A DNA stretch of 13,363 nt from an uncultured bacterium. GTDB lineage: Bacteria > Krumholzibacteriota > Krumholzibacteriia > Krumholzibacteriales > Krumholzibacteriaceae. The translations under genes were made by a program, and so were the position numbers. The notes under the pieces were generated by a model. It saw nothing but the letters and a program-made list of their open reading frames with translations, was not told where the DNA came from and ran no database searches. Positions 7,860 to 13,363 of the stretch are shown here, piece after piece. The stretch spans positions 1-13,363 of the forward strand of contig CBDUYR010000062.1 in the NCBI GenBank assembly GCA_965371515.1. The letters are read 5' to 3'. Position 1 is the first letter of the stretch. Every line of letters starts with the position of its first letter.

Positions 7860-8756
7860 TCACATCCTGTCGAGGCGGGCCCTTATGACCCTTGTGAAAT
7901 CTGGCGTTGTGCCGCAGCATCCGCCGACGGCGTTCGCCCCCGCTTCTACCATCTTCATCAGGTCGTCGGCAAATTCCCCTGGGTCCTGCCTGTAGATCGC
8001 ATTCCCGTCGGCCAGTTCGGGCTGGCCCGCATTCGGCTGGAAGAGAAGGGGCGTGTCGGTCAGGGAACGCATCTCGCCGACAAGACCTATCATCTCGCCG
8101 CTCGTCAAACTGCAGTTCGCGCCTATTACGGCCACTCCCTCGGCAACGAGGATCTCCGCCGCCTTTTCAGGCGAATCGCCCATTATAGTGAAATATCCCT
8201 TTTTCTTTTTCTCCATCGTCAGTTCGCAGACTATCGGTTTGTCGGAGACCTCGCGGACGGCGCGAATCGCCTCGACAGCCTCCCTGATATCATACATCGT
8301 CTCGAGGAGAAAGATGTCGACGCCGCCCTTTTCAAGGGCCGCTGCCTGCTCCCGGAAGGCCTTCCTGGCCGCATCGGTGGAAAGAGTCCCCATCGGAGGG
8401 AAAAACTCCCCCGTAGGCCCGATGTCGCCGGCGAGAAACCTGCCTCCGACGATGAAGTCGTCGATTGCCTGCCTCGCTATTTCCGCCGCCTTGATGTTCA
8501 GCGCCGCCATGTCGGGAGCCCCGTCCCGGCATGATGCGGCGAGCTTGATCGAGGTCGCGCCAAAGGTGTTTGTCTGAATGACATCGGCGCCCGTCTCGAG
8601 GTACTTCGTGTGTATGCCGATGATCGTATCGGGGCGCTTGATGCTCCACTCGTCGGGCACCTCTCCCTCGGCGAGCCCGGCCGCTATGAGCATACTGCCC
8701 ATGCCGCCGTCGAAGAGAAGAACCCTTTCGCGCAATGCGTCGAGAAATTCGTTCAT
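7860..8756 (-). CDS. Homocysteine S-methyltransferase domain protein (MetH N-terminal/BHMT-like, Zn)
   Basis: LFDGGMGS, GADVIQTNTFGA, AGDIGPTG, LLETM, QPNAG, and Zn ligands GANC and GGCCGTTP. RBS GAGG upstream. Confidence 0.93.
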   Translation of the reverse strand: MNEFLDALRERVLLFDGGMGSMLIAAGLAEGEVPDEWSIKRPDTIIGIHTKYLETGADVIQTNTFGATSIKLAASCRDGAPDMAALNIKAAEIARQAIDDFIVGGRFLAGDIGPTGEFFPPMGTLSTDAARKAFREQAAALEKGGVDIFLLETMYDIREAVEAIRAVREVSDKPIVCELTMEKKKKGYFTIMGDSPEKAAEILVAEGVAVIGANCSLTSGEMIGLVGEMRSLTDTPLLFQPNAGQPELADGNAIYRQDPGEFADDLMKMVEAGANAVGGCCGTTPDFTRVIRARLDRM

Positions 8757-8775
8757 ATCCCCTCAGGTCCTTTCT

Positions 8776-9417
8776 TCAGCCGGCCTTTCCCTTTGCCAGC
8801 GCTACCGCCGCGACCGCGTCGCCGGCGTAACCGTCGGCCCCGATCTCCGAGGCCCACTCTTCGCTGCAGGGAGCCCCGCCGACCATCACCCTCACGTTGC
8901 CGCGAAGCGACTTTGCCTCGAGCTGCTCTATGACCTTCTTCTGTCCCGGCATCGTCGTGGTGAGCAGTGCCGATATGGCGATCCAGTCTGCGCCCTTCTC
9001 CTCGGCCGTTTCGACGAACTTCGCCACGGGGACATCGGCTCCGAGGTCGGTGACCTCGAACCCGTTTGCCGCGAGCATCGTCGCAACGAGCGTCTTACCG
9101 ATATCGTGGATATCGCCCTCTATCGTCCCGATGACGACATGGCCGAGCCTGTCCTGTTCGCCTTTGCCGCCCTCGAGGGCGGGCCGAAGGATGTCCATCG
9201 CTTTCTTCATAGCGTCGGCGCCGATGACAAGCTCGGGGAGGAAGAGCTCTCCCTCTTCCCATAGCCTGCCGACCTCGCGTATCCCAGCAACGAAGCCGTT
9301 GTCGACCACCTCGAGTACGGGCATCCCTTTCTCGAGAGTCAGTTTCGCGAGCTCCTCGGACCTTTCGGCGTCGCCGTCGATGATTGCCTGCCTGCAGCTG
9401 TCCAGGTGTTCCTTCAT
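8776..9417 (-). CDS. Corrinoid (B12-binding) methyl-carrier protein, MttC/MtbC/MetH cap plus B12 domain
   Basis: Cap domain (G..EVGRLWEEGELFLPEL), DxHxxG motif (GDIHDIGK), DLGADV, SALLTTT, VMVGGA and GADGY. RBS GGAGG at 9431-9427. Confidence 0.93.
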   Translation of the reverse strand: MKEHLDSCRQAIIDGDAERSEELAKLTLEKGMPVLEVVDNGFVAGIREVGRLWEEGELFLPELVIGADAMKKAMDILRPALEGGKGEQDRLGHVVIGTIEGDIHDIGKTLVATMLAANGFEVTDLGADVPVAKFVETAEEKGADWIAISALLTTTMPGQKKVIEQLEAKSLRGNVRVMVGGAPCSEEWASEIGADGYAGDAVAAVALAKGKAG

Positions 9418-9503
9418 CCGGGATCCTCCGTCCTTGTTTTCTTTATGCCCGGCGCCTTAGCCGGGGTCACGCTATAGATATCAGGTATGTGAGCAGATTG
9501 TGG

Positions 9504-9534
9504 AGTATATCAGACTCGGCGCCCGGGGATGCAA
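9504..9534 (-). promoter_or_regulatory. Candidate sigma70 promoter for the corrinoid/MttB operon
   Basis: On the minus strand, TTGCAT (9534-9529), a 19-nt spacer, then TATACT (9509-9504) with an extended -10 TG (TGaTATACT). The spacer is longer than optimal. Confidence 0.4.
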
Positions 9535-9587
9535 ATATATTATGGCGCCTGTAAGGAATATCGATTGTCAGGTTTGTCGTAAGGAGA

Positions 9588-11456
9588 TCAATCCCCAGGG
9601 CCGACTGTCCTGAGGATCGTACCGGAATAACCGACCGCGGTCATTATGTCTCCGCCAATGCACAAAGCTCCCCTGAGACCGAATTTCACCGGGGTGTACT
9701 GCTCCTCCCAAGTCTCCCCACCGTCTCTCGTTTCAAGAATCGTCCCGTTCTCTCCGACGATTATACCCGTATTCGCATCGGCGAATGAGACGGAATAAAG
9801 GTGCTCACTTGTACCGCTCGGCCAGAAGAACCATCTGTCGCCGCCGTCGGTCGTCCGATAGATGATACCGCCTCCGCCCACGGCAAAGCCCGTATTCTCG
9901 CTTGTAAGCGAGACGCCATAAAAGGTCGTTCTCGTGCCAGTCGGTGTTTTCTCCCAGGTTTCTCCTCCATCGGTCGTCTTGACGATCGTGCCGTAATATC
10001 CTGCCGCAATCCCGGTATCGGCATCGAGGAAGCTTACGCCATATAGGTTCCATGTCGTTCCGCTCTCCTGTACCGCCCATGTCTCTCCACCGTCGGTTGT
10101 CCGAAGGATCGTGCCGTATTCACCCACGGCCGTGCCAATATATTCGTTTATGAATGTCACGTCATGAAGGGTATAGAACCCGCTCCAGGCCTCCGACTGT
10201 ACGGTCCAGCTGTCACCGCCATCGGTCGTCCTGAAAATAATACCCCAGCCGCCGACGACCGTGCCGATATTCGCATCGACAAACGATACTCCATATAAAG
10301 TCATAAGATCCGGATTCGCTGTTTCTGTCGACTTCTCCACCCAGGTCTCACCGCCGTCTCCCGTTCTGAGTACGGTCCCGTTCAAGCCTACGGCTGTCCC
10401 GGTATTGGCGTCGGTGAAAGATACATCCTCGAGATGCATTCTGCTTCCCCTGGAAATCAGCTCCCATGTGTTTCCTCCGTCTTCCGTGCGGACGATCTCC
10501 CCTTCATCGCCCACCGCTATTCCCAGGTTGCTGCCGAAGAACGACAGCGCCTGCAGACGTCTGTCCGTCCCGCTGATCCTTGTCTCCCACGTTTCCCCGC
10601 CGTCCTCTGTGCGGACGATTGCGCCGAGCGCACCCACAGACACCGCCGTGGTCTCATTAATGAGGGACACGCTGTAGCAAAAGGGCTCGCCGCCAGACAC
10701 AACCGTCCACGTGTTACCACCATCGGCCGTCCGATGAATCTTGCCGTACCAGTCTGTAACCATTCCGTTATCTGGATCGAGCAGCGAAACGCTGCTGAGG
10801 CTGGCATGAGGCGGCATGCCCTGCCCGACCCAGGTGGCGCCTCCGTTTTTTGTCCGGAGAATCGTTCCGTCAAGACCGATAACTGTGCCGTTGTCAGAAT
10901 CGCAGAACGATACTCCGGTGAGATATTCGTCGCAGATGTTCCGCCTGATCCAGTTTTTCCCTCCGTCCGTTGTTTGCAGGACGGCTCCATAATCACACAC
11001 GACTGTGCCGATATCGGGATGGGCAAAGCTGACTCCACGATAATAATCATCCTTGGCGCTATTCTGTTTTACCCAGGTCTCGCCGCCGTTCTCTGTCCTC
11101 AGTATCACATTTGCACCAACTACTGTCCCGATTTCGAAATCAGCGAACGAAACACTGTTGAGAGTCGCATCTGTCCCGCTGTCCTGCACTTCCCATGTAG
11201 CACCTCCATCGGTCGTCCTGATGATCGTCCCGAATGCTCCTACCGCAGTAGCGGTCACCGCGTCGGCCACGCAGATGCCACGCAGTTCCTGTCCCTGCGG
11301 TACGGGGTTCTGGATGAACCACACGGAAGAAACCGGATCATCCTCAACGGGCGTAACGGGATTGTCGTCTGAGCATGAGATGAACTGAAAGGCGGCGGCA
11401 AAGAGTATCGATAGGGCAATGGTGGTGGGTCTGGAACGAAGAATGCGGATCATCAT
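9588..11456 (-). CDS. YCF48/BNR (Asp-box) repeat beta-propeller lipoprotein
   Basis: Signal peptide with lipobox FISC. 13 complete I(L)RTxDGGxTW Asp-box repeats about 42 aa apart plus a truncated 14th. RBS AAGGAGGAG just upstream. Confidence 0.9.
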   Translation of the reverse strand: MMIRILRSRPTTIALSILFAAAFQFISCSDDNPVTPVEDDPVSSVWFIQNPVPQGQELRGICVADAVTATAVGAFGTIIRTTDGGATWEVQDSGTDATLNSVSFADFEIGTVVGANVILRTENGGETWVKQNSAKDDYYRGVSFAHPDIGTVVCDYGAVLQTTDGGKNWIRRNICDEYLTGVSFCDSDNGTVIGLDGTILRTKNGGATWVGQGMPPHASLSSVSLLDPDNGMVTDWYGKIHRTADGGNTWTVVSGGEPFCYSVSLINETTAVSVGALGAIVRTEDGGETWETRISGTDRRLQALSFFGSNLGIAVGDEGEIVRTEDGGNTWELISRGSRMHLEDVSFTDANTGTAVGLNGTVLRTGDGGETWVEKSTETANPDLMTLYGVSFVDANIGTVVGGWGIIFRTTDGGDSWTVQSEAWSGFYTLHDVTFINEYIGTAVGEYGTILRTTDGGETWAVQESGTTWNLYGVSFLDADTGIAAGYYGTIVKTTDGGETWEKTPTGTRTTFYGVSLTSENTGFAVGGGGIIYRTTDGGDRWFFWPSGTSEHLYSVSFADANTGIIVGENGTILETRDGGETWEEQYTPVKFGLRGALCIGGDIMTAVGYSGTILRTVGPGD

Positions 11457-11566
11457 CTCCTCCTTGAAAACCCTGCATTAAATATATTGATCCGGCACCG
11501 GCTTCAAAACAATTAATCCTGATTTATTTGTAATCGTTCTTTGTGGCGCGGAAAGAAGGCGGGGAT

Positions 11567-11607
11567 AAAAAGGGAAAGCCCGGGGCATATACTCACTCCG
11601 GGCTCCC
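11567..11607 (-). terminator. Rho-independent terminator downstream of the M49 peptidase gene
   Basis: Minus strand GGGAGCCCGG-(loop)-CCGGGCUUUC forms a 10-bp stem (two G-U pairs), followed by CCUUUUUAU. Confidence 0.65.
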
Positions 11608-11623
11608 AGCGACGAAACTGTAG

Positions 11624-11710
11624 GGGGTGCGGCCGGGCACCCCGGTAATCTCCTCAGAAAACCTTACCCCCTTGAAGGCCGACCAGACTCTTCGGAGGTG
11701 GCGCCCGGCC
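11624..11710 (-). other. Unclassified GC-rich structured element with alternative hairpins
   Basis: 11-bp stem 11710-11700/11641-11631 (GGCCGGGCGCC/GGUGCCCGGCC) and an overlapping perfect 7-bp hairpin 11643-11637/11630-11624 (GGGGUGC/GCACCCC). Confidence 0.45.
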
Positions 11711-11715
11711 AATAA

Positions 11716-13363
11716 TCAGTTCGCCGCAAACTTTTTCTCTATCTCGAACGCGGGCACGATGTCGACGGGCAGGCGCGCCTTTCTGAGCTTGAGCAGCGAT
11801 GCCTCCACGTCGGCGTCCATCTTTCCATACTTATCAAGAAGGCCCTTCGCCGCTTCGTAGTCGCCGAGGGCCTGGATCATCAGGATTTTCGCGGAGAGAT
11901 CCTTCACGGCGCCACGTGTCCCTTCCATGTCGACGGACCATCGGCCGCTCTTCGTGTCGAAGGAGTAGACACCCTTCTCTCTCATGTAGTTGAAGATGAC
12001 CATGTTCGCCCTTCCGTGCGCAGACTCGGCGCCGAAGCGGACGGAGCGGAAGAAACCGGCGAGAAATGTGACCGCTACGTCCTTTTCGAGCTCGCGGCCG
12101 AAAAATCCCTCATCAATAAGATAATAAATGTTGTGCTCGCCCACAATGTCTGCTTTCGCTTCCTCGACAGACGAGTGGGCCTCCTTCAGCGCCTTCTGCG
12201 CGGTAGTCTCCGTTCCGTCGGCGAGGGTTATCCTGCCCGGCCCGAGGCCGTGGGAAAACTCGTGCAGCAGGATGTGGTTGTAGTAGGCGTCGAAGGTCAC
12301 GTGCTTCAGCTGGTCCTCGGCGATGAGCAGCTCGGCTATCGGCTTGAGGATCTTGTCGAACTTGGCGTGGATGATGTTGCGGAGCATGACCTTCTTGCTC
12401 CCCTTTGCCTCATGCACTCTCTCGTCGTTGGGCAGGTTGAAGGCGAGCGTCTGGACGCCGGCCTTCGTATCGCCGGCCGAGAAGACCACGTCGACGACCG
12501 AGATCGGTGACTCCGTGCCGCGCTCGAGGTTCTTGTGCTCGTCCGGGATGGGGAGATTATTCTCCATCTTCACGAGATACCCCTTCAGCCCGTCGAGACG
12601 TACGCTTTCCTTCGGGTCACGGATGCATACGAAGGCCTCGAATGCGGCCTTGTAGTTGAAGAGGTTGTCCTCGTAGACCTCGTACGGGCCGATGGTGACA
12701 TCGATCAGGTTATCGGTAACGTCCATCCAGTCCATATCGCTCTGAAAGTAATCGTTAGAGCCGAAGGCGGCGGCTCGGGAGCTCAGGAACTTCGCCAGCG
12801 ACTCATTCGAGGTCAGGTCGGCCGCACGGCGCAGATACCCCGCCGCTTCATCGAGAAGTTTCTTGTACTCTTTCGAGTAGGGAATCGCTATGAGCTCGCC
12901 CGCTTTCTCTCCCCGCCTTATCACGGTGAACGTTCCCTCGAACGCCTCGCGGTCGACGGGACGCTTCGCGATCCATTCTTCGAACTCCTGCTTCGTCATG
13001 TCGGTCGGATAGAACTCCGCGCCGTCGGGCTTTATCAGTTTCGAGATGAACGGCTCGTTCTCGTTGATCCGGTCCCAGGGGCCGAAATTGATCTTGAAGA
13101 ATTTGAGCTCTTTCATCATGCCCTTGCTGATCATGGCTTTACGCAACTCGACGTTGCCCTTCCAGACCTGCCTGAGAAAGATCTCGTCCATGACGACGGC
13201 CGCTCTGTAGATATTCTCCAGCGCTGCGGTCTCGTTCTTGTCGAGAAGCTCCCAGGGCACCGGGATCTTCACCGGCGCGTAGACGGCGAGCCTCGCCTCG
13301 ATCGGCTTGTCGCTCTGTGCGGACACGGTATCTCCTCCCCCGGCGATGACGAGCAGGCAGGCG
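11716..13363 (-). CDS. Peptidase family M49 (dipeptidyl-peptidase III-like, HEXXH type); probably secreted and 5'-truncated by the window
   Basis: IGPYEVYED, AFNLPNDE, GSKKVML, HEFSH zinc motif, EEAKAD and FRSVRFG..SAHG. The frame stays open past GTG 13326 to the window end and encodes ACLLVIAGGGDTVSA, which resembles the end of a signal peptide. Confidence 0.9.
   Translation of the reverse strand, partial: ACLLVIAGGGDTVSAQSDKPIEARLAVYAPVKIPVPWELLDKNETAALENIYRAAVVMDEIFLRQVWKGNVELRKAMISKGMMKELKFFKINFGPWDRINENEPFISKLIKPDGAEFYPTDMTKQEFEEWIAKRPVDREAFEGTFTVIRRGEKAGELIAIPYSKEYKKLLDEAAGYLRRAADLTSNESLAKFLSSRAAAFGSNDYFQSDMDWMDVTDNLIDVTIGPYEVYEDNLFNYKAAFEAFVCIRDPKESVRLDGLKGYLVKMENNLPIPDEHKNLERGTESPISVVDVVFSAGDTKAGVQTLAFNLPNDERVHEAKGSKKVMLRNIIHAKFDKILKPIAELLIAEDQLKHVTFDAYYNHILLHEFSHGLGPGRITLADGTETTAQKALKEAHSSVEEAKADIVGEHNIYYLIDEGFFGRELEKDVAVTFLAGFFRSVRFGAESAHGRANMVIFNYMREKGVYSFDTKSGRWSVDMEGTRGAVKDLSAKILMIQALGDYEAAKGLLDKYGKMDADVEASLLKLRKARLPVDIVPAFEIEKKFAAN

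Noticed and set aside
9418..9503. Possible SAM, SAH or B12 riboswitch in the operon leader (hairpin 9448-9465)
   Set aside because: Only a 6-bp hairpin in a short leader, with no riboswitch consensus recognisable.
9588..11300. Periodic DNA similarity considered as a CRISPR array or tandem DNA repeat
   Set aside because: The repeats are degenerate at the DNA level and fully explained by the protein Asp-box blades.
11560..11625. Plus-strand AAAAGGGAA...ACTGTA resembling the 5' part of a cobalamin riboswitch, and GGGATAAAA..GCCCGGG resembling the ykkC 3' end
   Set aside because: The other conserved elements (B12 box, ykkC 5' stem) are missing and there is no plus-strand gene downstream. The sequence is explained by the minus-strand terminator.
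11608..11710. Hammerhead-like (GACGAAAC, CTGAGGA) and HDV-like (GGCCGGG...UCUGGUC-GG) ribozyme fragments
   Set aside because: The two hammerhead core halves are on opposite strands. The HDV L3 loop (UCCNCGY) and a P2 pairing are absent.
1320..12655. Long overlapping or antisense ORFs (e.g. 1320-2510 -, 5567-6448 +, 6497-7888 +, 7533-8534 +, 10434-11372 +)
   Set aside because: They overlap well-supported genes, are Arg/Ala/Pro/Ser-rich without motifs, and are typical shadow ORFs of GC-rich DNA.

Overview
Bacterial window of about 60% GC with 12 probable protein-coding genes. The left end has three + strand genes: a lower-GC hypothetical protein, a polytopic 4Fe-4S membrane protein and a class I SAM methyltransferase. 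They converge on a tightly packed seven-gene minus-strand operon (9417->3238): corrinoid protein, homocysteine S-methyltransferase domain, MetH-type SAM reactivation domain, non-pyrrolysine MttB-family methyltransferase, isochorismatase-family cysteine hydrolase, TrxR-fold flavoprotein lacking CxxC, and an RlmN/Cfr-like radical SAM enzyme lacking the resolving Cys. Upstream on the minus strand are a 14-blade YCF48/BNR beta-propeller lipoprotein and a 5'-truncated M49 (DPP III-like) peptidase, separated by a structured intergenic region with a terminator. The best candidate for an undescribed system is this operon. It looks like a split methionine synthase with no folate-binding module, fed by an MttB-type demethylase and co-transcribed with a non-canonical class A radical SAM enzyme and a possible electron-supplying flavoprotein. 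All calls come from recognising motifs by eye; no searches were run.
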